64,000 nucleotides of DNA from a virus, in the IMG/VR virus record IMGVR_UViG_3300044646_003076, one strand, 5' to 3'. Position 1 is the first letter of the stretch. Each line of letters starts with the position of its first letter. This document shows, in pieces, positions 1 through 10,181 of this stretch. The translations under genes and the position numbers were made by a program. Under the pieces are notes generated by a model, which was not told where the DNA came from, did not search any database, and worked only from the letters and a program-made list of their open reading frames with translations.

Positions 1-324
1 ATGAACAAATTTGAACAAGCTAGAGATCCCAATGCACATCCAAAAGTCCTAGAACAGCTAGCGACTGATGAGAATTATTTTGTTCGTTGTGTAGTAGCAA
101 GACATCCAAACACACCACCAAAAGCCCTAGAACTACTAGCGACCGATAAGAATTCTTCTATTCGTTGTGACACAGCAAGACAACCAAATACTCCACCAAA
201 AGCACTAGAACTACTAGCGACCGATAAGAATTCTTCTATTCGTTGTAACGTAGCACATAATCCAAACACTCCACACTACATCAAGATGTATCTTAAAATT
301 CAAAAACATCTAAAAACATTATGA
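1..324 (+). CDS. LRV (leucine-rich repeat variant, HEAT-like) repeat protein, 3 units + conserved C-tail
   Basis: 26-aa units NPNTPPKALELLATDxxxxVRxxVAx; tail NPNTPHYIKMYLKIQKHLKTL; N-cap MNKFEQARDPN like other copies. Confidence 0.85.
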   Translation: MNKFEQARDPNAHPKVLEQLATDENYFVRCVVARHPNTPPKALELLATDKNSSIRCDTARQPNTPPKALELLATDKNSSIRCNVAHNPNTPHYIKMYLKIQKHLKTL

Positions 325-806
325 AATACTTAATGCTCTCTGGTATCCCAACTAGCGGAAAATCCACCTATGTAAATAAGCTTCGGGAAATTCATTACTG
401 GCAATCTGCAGTAATCTTATCTACCGATAATTATATTGCTAGAATCGCAGAAGAGTCCGATACCACTTATGATGATGTATTTGAAGAATATATTAAAGAA
501 GCAACAAGACAGTTACACTTAGATTTACAAGAAGCAATTAAACTCAATAAACCGATCATTCACGATCAGACTAATCTAACAATCAAAACTAGAGCAAAAA
601 AACTTAGCAATATTCCTGTTCGCTATCAGAAAATTATTGTACACTTTGAAGTTCCGCTAGAAGAAGCACTGAGAAGAAATAAATGTCGTCCAGGAAAGTT
701 TATTTCTGAAGATATTATCAAAAGAATGTTTTATACTTTTGAACCACCGACTTCAGACGAAGGATTTAATCTAGTCTTGAGGTCAGATCAAGAACTGTCC
801 ATCTGA
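321..806 (+). CDS. P-loop nucleotide/polynucleotide kinase (AAA_33-like)
   Basis: Walker A GIPTSGKST, DQTN motif, lid ALRRNKCR. Confidence 0.8.
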   Translation: MKYLMLSGIPTSGKSTYVNKLREIHYWQSAVILSTDNYIARIAEESDTTYDDVFEEYIKEATRQLHLDLQEAIKLNKPIIHDQTNLTIKTRAKKLSNIPVRYQKIIVHFEVPLEEALRRNKCRPGKFISEDIIKRMFYTFEPPTSDEGFNLVLRSDQELSI

Positions 807-846
807 CAAGCATTTCCATACTATAATAGAGTAGACTTAAAATCCT

Positions 847-995
847 ATGTCCAAAACAAATCAGGTGAGTTTTTTATTAAACTATATGAAGACGAGAAGG
901 TGAAAATTATTACTAAGGGAGAAAAAGGAACAGATCCAGATCATCTTGCTTTTGCCACTGTTATACTTAAAGATACCAAAGATTCTGAAAAATGA
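847..995 (+). pseudogene. small gene split by a 1-nt indel in T6 run (870-875)
   Basis: MSKTNQVSF then -1 frame FIKLYEDEKVKIITKGEK...DSEK*, whose stop overlaps the next ATG. Confidence 0.45.
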
Positions 996-1783
996 GAATT
1001 AAACTATTATCGGATCTACATCTAGATCATGCGAAAGATCTTTCAATAATTGATTATTACACCGAAATGATTCTAACGTCCGGGAATCTTCTCATATTGG
1101 CCGGTGATATTTTATCAGTCAAACATCTTTCTTCTAATGGATTATTGAAGGATGTTTATTCTTCTTTCTTCCGAGAATGCTCTAAACGGTACGATAAGAT
1201 TATCTATGTAATGGGTAATCATGAGCATTTTGGATATAATTGTAGTCGTACAAAAAATAAGATCCAGGAATTTCTACCGAATAACTTTTATCTGCTAGAG
1301 AATCAAACTCTTCAAATTGATAATTGGAATTTTATTGGTTTTACACTATGGACCGATTTCAATAGAGCAAATCCGTTAGATATGATAAATGCATCGTCTT
1401 ATATGAATGATTATAAGGCAATTAGAATTACTGATCGTTATCGTAAATTCAGACCCGAAGACTCTCTCGCATTTCATCGAGGAAGTTTGCACTTTCTAAA
1501 AGAGCAACTCAATCTGATGAGCGATAATGTTTTTGTGATCAGTCATCATACTCCGAGTTATCGTTCGGTTCCACCCAAATTTATCGGCAATATCCATAAT
1601 TCGGCTTATTGTACTTCACTAGATGAGCTTATTATGGATTCTCCACAGATTAAGTATTGGGTGCATGGTCATACACATTGGCATCAAGATTATCATATTG
1701 AACAATGTAGAGTATTATGTAATCCTCATGGTTATTATGGAGAAACTACTGGATTCAATCCTAATTTTGAATTGGAAATCTAA
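992..1783 (+). CDS. calcineurin-like metallophosphoesterase
   Basis: SDLH, AGD, GNHE, SHH, HGHTH motifs. Confidence 0.9.
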   Translation: MRIKLLSDLHLDHAKDLSIIDYYTEMILTSGNLLILAGDILSVKHLSSNGLLKDVYSSFFRECSKRYDKIIYVMGNHEHFGYNCSRTKNKIQEFLPNNFYLLENQTLQIDNWNFIGFTLWTDFNRANPLDMINASSYMNDYKAIRITDRYRKFRPEDSLAFHRGSLHFLKEQLNLMSDNVFVISHHTPSYRSVPPKFIGNIHNSAYCTSLDELIMDSPQIKYWVHGHTHWHQDYHIEQCRVLCNPHGYYGETTGFNPNFELEI

Positions 1784-2058
1784 TGAGTCAACATTCTTTT
1801 GAATCAGAACCTATTACTGCTCAAGAGGCTAGATGTTTGAGTCAAAACTATAATAAATCCGATAGTTTTGAAAGACATATGCAAGAAATTTACGATAGAA
1901 TTAGATTTAATTCTAGTATGGGTAGACGTATTATATTCCATGAACTTTTTCTATCCCATCAAAATGTTGAACGAATTGTTCAAGAACTGTTGGCTAAAGG
2001 ATATAATGTAGAAAAAGAACTATTTCATTCTCATGGTGAATTGTTTATTAGTTGGTAA
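1783..2058 (+). CDS. hypothetical protein (TAxEAR...EIY...ELxxxGYxV...ISW family)
   Basis: operon tiling; paralogous to 16128 and 16394 genes. Confidence 0.75.
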   Translation: MSQHSFESEPITAQEARCLSQNYNKSDSFERHMQEIYDRIRFNSSMGRRIIFHELFLSHQNVERIVQELLAKGYNVEKELFHSHGELFISW

Positions 2059-2143
2059 ATTGTGCCACTCACACAACTGTCCACTAAAACCTGCTTTTTC
2101 TTTCGCTATCTGCTAAACTGAATTCACAAACAACGGAGTAATT

Positions 2144-2497
2144 ATGGGCTCTCTCACGACCTTTACTGTTTATAATGATTTTGCACATCATATCAAAAAG
2201 GATCCCAAGCAATTTGGTGAAAAAGTTTATGAACATATCCGTGAAATGGAGACTGGCGATGTTAGTCTGGAAATCGGCAATTGTTGCGCGACGGTTGCTA
2301 TTGGTCAACAATCTCGTCATGCTGATGATCTCTCAATCTATGTTCACATGGGAAATTGTGTGACCGAAGTGAATCCATATTCGCGCTCTTTTCAGGAATT
2401 AGTCAATAAAAATCCTCAGTTTGCAGATAAATTGATTGATTTTATTGAGGCAGAATTGGAGGAATTGAAAAAATTCAAACAAACAAAAAATAATTGA
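2144..2497 (+). CDS. hypothetical protein
   Basis: RBS ggag, follows class A promoter. Confidence 0.75.
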   Translation: MGSLTTFTVYNDFAHHIKKDPKQFGEKVYEHIREMETGDVSLEIGNCCATVAIGQQSRHADDLSIYVHMGNCVTEVNPYSRSFQELVNKNPQFADKLIDFIEAELEELKKFKQTKNN

Positions 2498-2506
2498 GGT
2501 ATTATC

Positions 2507-3358
2507 ATGGGCTGCTGGAACAAAACTTGTGGATTTTCGGGTCTTTCCATTATGGCGGGAGACCCTGTTTATGTTTTTGTTTTGAAGAAAAGCGATTATT
2601 ATGATCCATGTTCTTCAACTTCAGAATATACACCATTTCTTGCACCATTTGAGAGTTTTTATAATGATTGTAGAAGTGGTGAAAATTCTAGAGGAGTCTG
2701 GCTACCATATATTATGGAAGCTCTTAAGAAGAAACTCATTGAAATGGAGATCGGGGAAAATAAATGTCATGACATTGCAGTAAAACGCGATGATTTTGAT
2801 GTGGATCTCTTCTTCTCAGCAATTAATAAACAACGGTTGTTTATTAATGAACTTCAACCAAGTAATGCTATTCGTTTTACGATGATGCATAAAAGTATCA
2901 TTGATAAAATGTTAGAAGAATTTGAGTTCCGCCATTATGATTTTTTTAGGGAAATGGGGAAATGGGATTATAAATTTGCTGATATTATCACAAGAGTTGA
3001 AAATTATTGGACTAATATTAAATCATTTTATAACATCCATCAATTAATTGATTTTAATAGTAATTCAATCATTGGGTTTTATATTTTCCATTATATGTCA
3101 ACCATCAATTTTATACCGATAAGAGAAGTTATCGGCGAATGCCTACAAAATAACACCGAAGATGAAGTTGTCATTAATCTCATTAAAGAATATCTCAAAG
3201 GATTACACGTTGAGATAATGATGAATCATCTTCGCAAAGCTTGGCTACCTGGAGGATTTGAAGGTTTACAGGATTGTGATTATGAAGATGCATATAAACT
3301 ATTAGTCAATATTACACTTAATCATATCAAAGAAAAAGAAGAAGAATGGGATTATTAA
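2507..3358 (+). CDS. hypothetical protein
   Basis: 283-aa ORF, RBS gagg. Confidence 0.8.
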   Translation: MGCWNKTCGFSGLSIMAGDPVYVFVLKKSDYYDPCSSTSEYTPFLAPFESFYNDCRSGENSRGVWLPYIMEALKKKLIEMEIGENKCHDIAVKRDDFDVDLFFSAINKQRLFINELQPSNAIRFTMMHKSIIDKMLEEFEFRHYDFFREMGKWDYKFADIITRVENYWTNIKSFYNIHQLIDFNSNSIIGFYIFHYMSTINFIPIREVIGECLQNNTEDEVVINLIKEYLKGLHVEIMMNHLRKAWLPGGFEGLQDCDYEDAYKLLVNITLNHIKEKEEEWDY

Positions 3359-3583
3359 ATGTCAAGAACACACCGAAGACAACCAGAAGAAAAGACTTGG
3401 TTTAATCGCAATTATCGCCGACCGAGAACCTTTAATGAGAAAAAACAAATTGAAGATCTTATTCACGATGAAGATGTGAAACTAAGCAATCGTGAAAAAT
3501 CAAAACTCAATAATCTTCCAACCGCCTGGGATGACATTCGTAAAAGTTCCACTTATGAAAAAGATTATAACGATGAAGATTGA
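3359..3583 (+). CDS. small basic hypothetical protein
   Basis: tiles operon. Confidence 0.65.
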   Translation: MSRTHRRQPEEKTWFNRNYRRPRTFNEKKQIEDLIHDEDVKLSNREKSKLNNLPTAWDDIRKSSTYEKDYNDED

Positions 3584-3929
3584 AGAAATGGTTCAAGTTA
3601 TTGTCAGGGAAGGAATTCCAGTGACAATTAAATATAATAAAGAGACAGATGAAGTTCGTTATTATCTTCCGGGATTTTATAAGTCCGATGGATCAGTTTA
3701 TTTGGTAGAGGAAGAGGGTTGTAGAATTTTCTGCTATCAAAGATATGGAGAAAAAACAGAATTGTACGATAATAACTTTATGGACACTCTTGTTGGTGTG
3801 AATTATTATTGGTGGTCGGTAACAAAAGAAAGAAATCCAAATTCCACAATTCTTCCAGATGATTATTGGAAAGATCTTCTAATAAAATCTGGGCATATTA
3901 AAGTTGTAACTAAAACTGAATACGTGTGA
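3573..3929 (+). CDS. hypothetical protein
   Basis: ORF 3492-3929; probable start ATG 3573. Confidence 0.65.
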   Translation: MKIEEMVQVIVREGIPVTIKYNKETDEVRYYLPGFYKSDGSVYLVEEEGCRIFCYQRYGEKTELYDNNFMDTLVGVNYYWWSVTKERNPNSTILPDDYWKDLLIKSGHIKVVTKTEYV

Positions 3930-4456
3930 ATAAAGAACTTATTGATCATCTAAAATCAAGACATCTAAATTTAAAACTTCATCGTCCAATTCTTGATGAA
4001 AAACTATCAATAGCAACCTTTCTTTTCTATAATCTATCAGAACAACTTGTTGGTTATCAACAATACAATCCTAATGGTGATAAAAAGATCTTCAACTCAA
4101 AATTAGGTGGTCGTTATTATACTTATCATAAACAACCAACAATTGCTATTTGGGGCTTAGAATCATATTACATATCAGATGGACCAATTTTTATCACAGA
4201 GGGTATTTTTGACGCAGCGAGATTTACTGAAAGAAATCAAACTGCATTTGCGGTTTGTAGTAATGATCCACCGAAAGATTATAAAAATTGGTTTGACTCA
4301 TTACCAAGAAAAGTTATTGCGATTTGTGATAATGATTCTGCCGGTGAAGAACTGGCTAAGTTTGGAGATTATTATGAAATTGTTCCCGACAACAAAGATG
4401 TAGGAGAATCTTCTGAAGAATATGTTCGTTATCTTATTGAGAAATACACAAAATGA
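3926..4456 (+). CDS. Toprim-domain (primase-like) protein
   Basis: FITEGIFDA and ICDND Toprim motifs; no zinc-binding domain. Confidence 0.7.
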   Translation: MNKELIDHLKSRHLNLKLHRPILDEKLSIATFLFYNLSEQLVGYQQYNPNGDKKIFNSKLGGRYYTYHKQPTIAIWGLESYYISDGPIFITEGIFDAARFTERNQTAFAVCSNDPPKDYKNWFDSLPRKVIAICDNDSAGEELAKFGDYYEIVPDNKDVGESSEEYVRYLIEKYTK

Positions 4457-6228
4457 CTATTATTAAAAACTATCGCACTCATAATTGCGGTCAATTGACA
4501 TCTAAAAATGTTAATGAGATTGTGACGCTTTCTGGATGGATTGATCGTAGACGCGATCATGGTAAATTGATTTTTATTGATCTTCGTGATAGTAGCGGAG
4601 TGATTCAATTAGTTTTATCTAATGAAAATTCCGAACGTCTGAGAGTGGAGACTGTTATTCAGATTATCGGAACCGTTATTTCTAGACCGATTGAGAATAT
4701 CAATAATGAAATTTCAACGGGAGAGATAGAAGTAGAGGTAAGCGATTTAGTTATTCTAAACGAGGTTAAACACGTTCTACCATTTTCTGTTTCAAGAAAT
4801 GAAAGAACTGTTGTGAATGAAGAGTTACGTTTACAGAATCGTTATCTTGATCTTAGAAGTAAACGCATGAGTGATAATATACGAATGCGCCATAAAGTAA
4901 CAAGATCCATTCGTAATTTCTTAGAATCGGAAAATTTTATTGAAGTTGAAACACCTATTCTTAATCGTTCAACTCCAGAAGGTGCAAGAGAATACTTGGT
5001 ACCAAGTAGAATCTATAAAGGAGAATGGTTCTCTCTTTCTCAATCACCACAACTGTTTAAACAGATGCTGATGGTGGGTGGAATTGAAAGATATTATCAA
5101 ATTGCACGATGCTTCAGAGATGAATCTTTAAGAGTTGATCGGCAACCAGAATTTACACAAATTGATTTAGAGATGAGTTTCATGTCTCAAGATGAAATTC
5201 TTTCTCTTAGTGAGAGAATGATTTATAATATCTGGAAAGAAGCAAAAGGCGAAGAATTATCCATTCCTTTTTCTAGAATGAGTTGGAAAGAATCAATGGA
5301 GAGATATGGAACCGATCGGCCAGATATTCGTTATGGGTTAGAATTATTGGATGTATCAAAAATCTTTTCTGATTGTGGTTTTAAGGTATTTTCCAATGCG
5401 ATTAAGAGTGGTGGAGTTGTTAAATGTATTACCATCAATTCTAATAACGAAACAATTACAAAATCCCGTCTTAAAATTGGAGGAGATCTAAATGATTTGG
5501 CGATAAATTTGGGTTCCGGTGGACTCGCATACATCAAAATAAATGACGACCATGAATTTGATTGTATCAACGCCATTAAAGACAATTTAACAGAATTCCA
5601 AAAAACTGAACTGTTAGAAATAACAGAAGCTACATCTGGAAGTCTGATTATATTTTGTGCTGGTACATCTGATGTTGTCAACAAAACACTAGGCAAAATT
5701 CGTCAAGTTCTTGCAGAGGAATTGAATCTCATTACGAATGTAGATTCTTTTTTGTGGATTGTTGATTTTCCTATGTTTGAACATAATCCAATTGAGAATA
5801 AATTGTGCTCGCTTCATCATCCTTTTTGTGCTCCAATTGAAGACGATTTAGGAACAGAACCCGATTTATGGTCTGAGCGAATTGTTCGCTGCCGAGCACA
5901 ATCTTATGACTTGGTTCTCAATGGATACGAATTGGGTGGTGGCTCATTACGAATTCATGATTCCGAATTACAGAGAAAAGTTTTACAGATTCTCGGTCTT
6001 TCTGAAGAAAAGATTGATGATCAATTTGGATTTCTTTTAAATGCATTGGATTCTGGTGCTCCCCCTCATGGCGGATTGGCTTTTGGTTTAGATAGAATTG
6101 TTATGCTTCTTTTGAATGAAGAATCTATTCGTGATGTTATTGCCTTTCCGAAAAGCTCACAAACTAGATGTCTCCTAACGGGTGCTCCTTCAACTGTTTC
6201 AGATAACCAACTTCTTGAATTTGAATAG
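4453..6228 (+). CDS. aspS: aspartyl-tRNA synthetase (cyanobacterial type, probably non-discriminating)
   Basis: RTHNCG, RRDHGKLIFIDLRD OB fold, SPQLFKQ, motif 2 ARCFRDE..RQPEFTQID, GAD insert, HHPF, GGSLRIH, motif 3 GAPPHGGLAFGLDR. Confidence 0.97.
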   Translation: MTIIKNYRTHNCGQLTSKNVNEIVTLSGWIDRRRDHGKLIFIDLRDSSGVIQLVLSNENSERLRVETVIQIIGTVISRPIENINNEISTGEIEVEVSDLVILNEVKHVLPFSVSRNERTVVNEELRLQNRYLDLRSKRMSDNIRMRHKVTRSIRNFLESENFIEVETPILNRSTPEGAREYLVPSRIYKGEWFSLSQSPQLFKQMLMVGGIERYYQIARCFRDESLRVDRQPEFTQIDLEMSFMSQDEILSLSERMIYNIWKEAKGEELSIPFSRMSWKESMERYGTDRPDIRYGLELLDVSKIFSDCGFKVFSNAIKSGGVVKCITINSNNETITKSRLKIGGDLNDLAINLGSGGLAYIKINDDHEFDCINAIKDNLTEFQKTELLEITEATSGSLIIFCAGTSDVVNKTLGKIRQVLAEELNLITNVDSFLWIVDFPMFEHNPIENKLCSLHHPFCAPIEDDLGTEPDLWSERIVRCRAQSYDLVLNGYELGGGSLRIHDSELQRKVLQILGLSEEKIDDQFGFLLNALDSGAPPHGGLAFGLDRIVMLLLNEESIRDVIAFPKSSQTRCLLTGAPSTVSDNQLLEFE

Positions 6229-6370
6229 AGTTTATGGATACCAAAAAAGGACAGTCTAAAATCCGTCCACCTCCGGCTCCACACTCTCAGATCTATGCTA
6301 TGTTGATTAGGTCGGTGAGAGATCAATAATCCACCAACAAAACTTTGTCCTTTACTTTCTGAAAAATATT

Positions 6371-6478
6371 ATGGACCTTCTTAGTAACGTTCGTTCCGCT
6401 GATAACGAAAATCTCAAGTCTTTTATTGAAGAGTGTGTTGATAAAAAACTCAAAGAAATGCGAACTTCTTCCTACTAA
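6371..6478 (+). CDS. 35-aa peptide
   Basis: sole ORF between two class A promoters. Confidence 0.4.
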   Translation: MDLLSNVRSADNENLKSFIEECVDKKLKEMRTSSY

Positions 6479-6561
6479 GAGGACACTTTTTGAACTGTCC
6501 ACCAACCATCCACAACCACCTTCTTCTCCGTTAGTATTCTCGCTGTCGTACTGAACCAACC

Positions 6562-7836
6562 ATGACCAAAGAAGCAACTTTTGAAACTGCCGATCTCTTT
6601 ATTAAGCCTGATGAAGTTTCTTACTTCTCAACTCCGCGCTCCATCTCACATTATAACAACAAACGTGCAGAATATGATGCACTAGAAGCCGAAGAGCGAA
6701 ACTCCAATGGTGAAGTAGACAACAAGATCAAAAAAGCATGTGTTGTTGGTCCACTCATTATTGCTGCAGCCAAAACACTTTCTCTTCATAAAATTTGGCC
6801 AGATATTCCGACTGATTATTTCCGAAATTATCGGCATCTTCTTGAGCTACCAATTCAACTTGAACATCTCAATGATGAGAATGTCTCAAAATGGCTTCGG
6901 GATAATATGTCATATCGGACATTCTTCAATATGATTTATCGTCATGCTCTCCATTACGGAAAAGTTCTTTATCAAGAAGTACAACCACCGAAAAATCTGG
7001 ATAATGTAAACTTTGAAGAACTTCTTAAATCGGAAGAAGGTCCACTGGAAAATATTCTGGATCGGTTGGCAATTCGGGAAGAGCAGATCTATGAGAACTA
7101 TCTCAATGGTATTACCAAAGATCATCTAGAATCAAACCGCGCCATCAACATTCTTTATCATATTGCAGGTCATCCGAACACCTCTTCAGAAACATTGGCC
7201 CGATTGGGTGCCAGGGGAGATCATGTTTCATGTGTGGAGCGACAAATTGCTCTAAATCCGAATACGCCAGAAGAACTTCGTAAACTTCTTATCGTGGAAC
7301 ATGGTATTGAAGATGTAAATTCCCAACTCAAAGACACACTTGATCAGCTCCAAAAAATGCTGCTTAATGGTGCCACTATCGCACCCGAAACACGTAAAGA
7401 TGATGGTACGATTAAAAAATGGCGCTGGCGTCTTATTGATTTTCACGATAACATCAGCTATCTGTATCTGATGCAAGAGATCAAAAATGTAGAGTTCACC
7501 AATAATACAATCAAAAATCCATATCAAGAAGGTTCTTGGACTGTTTATCAACCCAAAGACAGCGTGGCACTGGCAATGTGGGCACAAAAAGTCAAGAATT
7601 GTGTTCGTGTACGTGAAGGCAATGTTCATAGTGGAAATTCCGAAATTGTGTTCATTGAACGTGATGGTCTCCCAGCATATACTGTTGAGGTTAAGCCAGG
7701 ATCACCCAAACGGCGAAATCTATCTGAACTTTCTATTGAAGAGATTCAGGCTTTTGGTGCTCGCAGTGGTGCGACACGCGATGATCAAGGAGTAATTCTG
7801 GATATGATTAAACGTGCGATGGGTGCGAATGTATGA
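6562..7836 (+). CDS. PcfJ-like domain protein with internal degenerate LRV units
   Basis: C-term WTVYQPKDSVALAMWAQKVKNCV resembles PcfJ; HPNTSSETLARL...ALNPNTP LRV-like. Confidence 0.55.
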   Translation: MTKEATFETADLFIKPDEVSYFSTPRSISHYNNKRAEYDALEAEERNSNGEVDNKIKKACVVGPLIIAAAKTLSLHKIWPDIPTDYFRNYRHLLELPIQLEHLNDENVSKWLRDNMSYRTFFNMIYRHALHYGKVLYQEVQPPKNLDNVNFEELLKSEEGPLENILDRLAIREEQIYENYLNGITKDHLESNRAINILYHIAGHPNTSSETLARLGARGDHVSCVERQIALNPNTPEELRKLLIVEHGIEDVNSQLKDTLDQLQKMLLNGATIAPETRKDDGTIKKWRWRLIDFHDNISYLYLMQEIKNVEFTNNTIKNPYQEGSWTVYQPKDSVALAMWAQKVKNCVRVREGNVHSGNSEIVFIERDGLPAYTVEVKPGSPKRRNLSELSIEEIQAFGARSGATRDDQGVILDMIKRAMGANV

Positions 7837-8039
7837 ATTACAAACTACTAATTTATTTTCTACTCTTTGAGATTGGAGAATTCACCGCATTTTGGCTGAT
7901 TGCCGATTATATTCCACTGGCATTGACACAACTACAGATCTTTATTGGTCTTATTGTTATTGATGTGATAGTAACCAAAATCGTATTTCCTGGTGCATTT
8001 ATCACTCTTTACCGAAACATCTTCAACAAACCCAATTGA
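7833..8039 (+). CDS. small membrane protein
   Basis: two hydrophobic segments. Confidence 0.65.
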   Translation: MNYKLLIYFLLFEIGEFTAFWLIADYIPLALTQLQIFIGLIVIDVIVTKIVFPGAFITLYRNIFNKPN

Positions 8040-8052
8040 GAGGAATTTTTAA

Positions 8053-8420
8053 ATGACTAAAAATGACGACTCGGTAATTGTTACTTTTTTCGCCTGGTGT
8101 GGATTGATTCTCGGCATTATCATTCTATTCTCTGCGATTCTTGGACCCTATTATGCTGTATGGCAACAGGGACTTGAGGGTAAATCGGAATTGATGAAAG
8201 CGCAAAAGCACTAGCGCAAGCTGAGGTAGAACGTGCAAAAGGTGTATCACAGGCAAATCAGATTATCGCCAGCTCATTGAAAGATAACCCCGAATATCTT
8301 TCTTATCTTTGGATCACTGGACTTCAAGAAGGAGCTGATCATGGTAACAAAACCATCTACATGATTCCATCACAGACAGCCATTCCTGCGCCAGTTTTCA
8401 ATCTAGACAAAACCACATGA
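8053..8420 (+). pseudogene. membrane-anchored SPFH/band-7-like coiled-coil phage protein, frameshifted by internal deletion
   Basis: frame 1 ...YAVWQQGLEGKSELMKA(QKH*) then second frame ALAQAEVERAKGVSQANQIIASSLKDNPEYLSYLWI...TIYMIP. Confidence 0.6.
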
Positions 8421-8428
8421 ACTAATTT

Positions 8429-8456
8429 AGGCACCTTTAAAGGTGTCCTTTTTATT
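8429..8456 (+). terminator. hairpin + T-tract directly before LRV gene
   Basis: aggcaccttt/aaaggtgtcct then ttttatt. Confidence 0.5.
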
Positions 8457-9014
8457 ATGAATAAAGTTGAATTAGCTAAAGATCCAAACACTCCACTAGA
8501 AACTTTAGAACTTCTAGCGACAGATAAGTATTCTAGTGTTCGCTCCAGAGTAGCACAAAATCCCAATACACCACCAAAAGTCTTAGAACAACTAGCGACT
8601 GATGAGGATGATTTGATTCGTTATTGGGTAGCAGAAAATCCAAACACACCACCAAAAGTTCTAGAACAACTATCAACCGAAAAGGATTCTAGTGTTCGCT
8701 CCAGAGTAGCACAAAATCCCAATACACCACCAAAAGTCTTAGAACAACTAGCGACTGATGAGGATTGGTATGTTCGTTGGGATGTAGCAAAGCATCCCAA
8801 CGCACACCCAAAAGCCCTAGAACAATTAGCGACCGATAAGGATTCTTCGGTTCGTCGTGGTGTAGCATATAATCCAAACACTCCACCAAAAGCCTTAGAA
8901 CAACTAGCGACCGATGAGGATCTTTATGTTTGTCGTAGTGTGGCACGAAATCCAAACACACCACGCTACATCAAAAAGTATATTAAAATTCAAGAACATC
9001 TAAAAACATTATGA
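8457..9014 (+). CDS. LRV repeat protein, 6 units + C-tail
   Basis: 78-nt units; tail PRYIKKYIKIQEHLKTL. Confidence 0.9.
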   Translation: MNKVELAKDPNTPLETLELLATDKYSSVRSRVAQNPNTPPKVLEQLATDEDDLIRYWVAENPNTPPKVLEQLSTEKDSSVRSRVAQNPNTPPKVLEQLATDEDWYVRWDVAKHPNAHPKALEQLATDKDSSVRRGVAYNPNTPPKALEQLATDEDLYVCRSVARNPNTPRYIKKYIKIQEHLKTL

Positions 9015-9331
9015 GAATTCTGTCTATTTCATTTAATGCCTTTATATTAGTCATTGACATTATCATTGTTTTGATTATCAATGTCTTTGAGCTTGTTATT
9101 GCATTCTTGGCTATTTTATTGTTCAATAATCCAGACTATGAACCACTTATCAGTCAAGAAAGGCGGCTTAATTTCATAGATCAAATGAATGATTCTTATC
9201 TAAAACTAAGTGATTTTAACCCTGAGAATTTTGATAATGAGAATGATGCATTAGACTTCATAAATCAACATCTGAAAGACGCTAACCGACTGTACTGGAC
9301 AATGATCCTAGGTGACCCTGAGAGGCCCTAG
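9011..9331 (+). CDS. membrane protein
   Basis: long N-terminal hydrophobic helix; ATG overlaps LRV stop. Confidence 0.65.
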   Translation: MRILSISFNAFILVIDIIIVLIINVFELVIAFLAILLFNNPDYEPLISQERRLNFIDQMNDSYLKLSDFNPENFDNENDALDFINQHLKDANRLYWTMILGDPERP

Positions 9332-9463
9332 AAGATGGCTTTAGTCCGTCTGCCGTGTTCTAGGATGGTCAGCATCACTCAAAGGACGATTTTAGAACTG
9401 TCCACCAGGACCTCTTAGCTCTCTAGAGATATGTTATTCTTTAGAAGAACTAAGAGGTATTTC

Positions 9464-9730
9464 TTGTCAAGAACACTCTATCATGCAACAACACCAAAAA
9501 AGGTACAAAAATACCATCAAACTGGTCACATTATCAAACCTGTTAGAGGATTCACAACTCTTGAAGCTGCAATGGCCTGGGCAATGAAAACTCAACGATC
9601 GGTAATTCTTGAAATCTCAGGGAATGATTGTCATAAACTTCCAGATCATCACAATAAATTCGGAGAAGCGTGGTGGTTTGATGAAAATATCTCCACTTGG
9701 AAATGTATTGTTTCACCAGGAAAGGTTTAA
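9464..9730 (+). CDS. hypothetical protein (LYHATT...G.I motif, possibly ART-like fold)
   Basis: TTG start after aagagg; track start 9431 lies within the promoter. Confidence 0.6.
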   Translation: MSRTLYHATTPKKVQKYHQTGHIIKPVRGFTTLEAAMAWAMKTQRSVILEISGNDCHKLPDHHNKFGEAWWFDENISTWKCIVSPGKV

Positions 9731-9736
9731 TTGATT

Positions 9737-10102
9737 ATGAAATACTGTTATTTTTTGTATGCTAGATCAAACAAAACTTTTACAATTAATTTTACTAAAA
9801 CATTAGACCGTGAAATTTCTGCTACGGACATTATGGAAGTGGAAAAATATCTTGAAACCAGATATCCCGAAAGCGGTAAGTGGACCACTGCTTCAATAAC
9901 TCTTCTGTCAAAAACGAATGAGAATTCAGACGAGACGAATCCTTATGTTGTTCATAATGTCTCACGCAATGAGAAAACTCATTTTCCTTTCCGAAGTGAT
10001 GCTGAAGCTTATTTTGATCTTCTTAAGGATGAATTGGGTTCTGGTTGTGAAATTGAGATGTGTATGATTATTAAGAAGCATGTCCCACCAGAAAGATTGT
10101 GA
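9737..10102 (+). CDS. hypothetical protein
   Basis: tiles operon. Confidence 0.65.
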   Translation: MKYCYFLYARSNKTFTINFTKTLDREISATDIMEVEKYLETRYPESGKWTTASITLLSKTNENSDETNPYVVHNVSRNEKTHFPFRSDAEAYFDLLKDELGSGCEIEMCMIIKKHVPPERL

Positions 10103-10181
10103 CGGTTTTTGATCTGGCACACATCTTGATCCCTGGCGCCGTTCTATCCATTATTCTTGATTAGTTATTGGAGAAAAAACC

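Noticed and set aside
9290-9385. GC-richer patch resembling a hammerhead ribozyme (ctgagag...)
   Set aside because: Core is CTGAGAG rather than CTGANGA and no GAAA partner or stems could be built.
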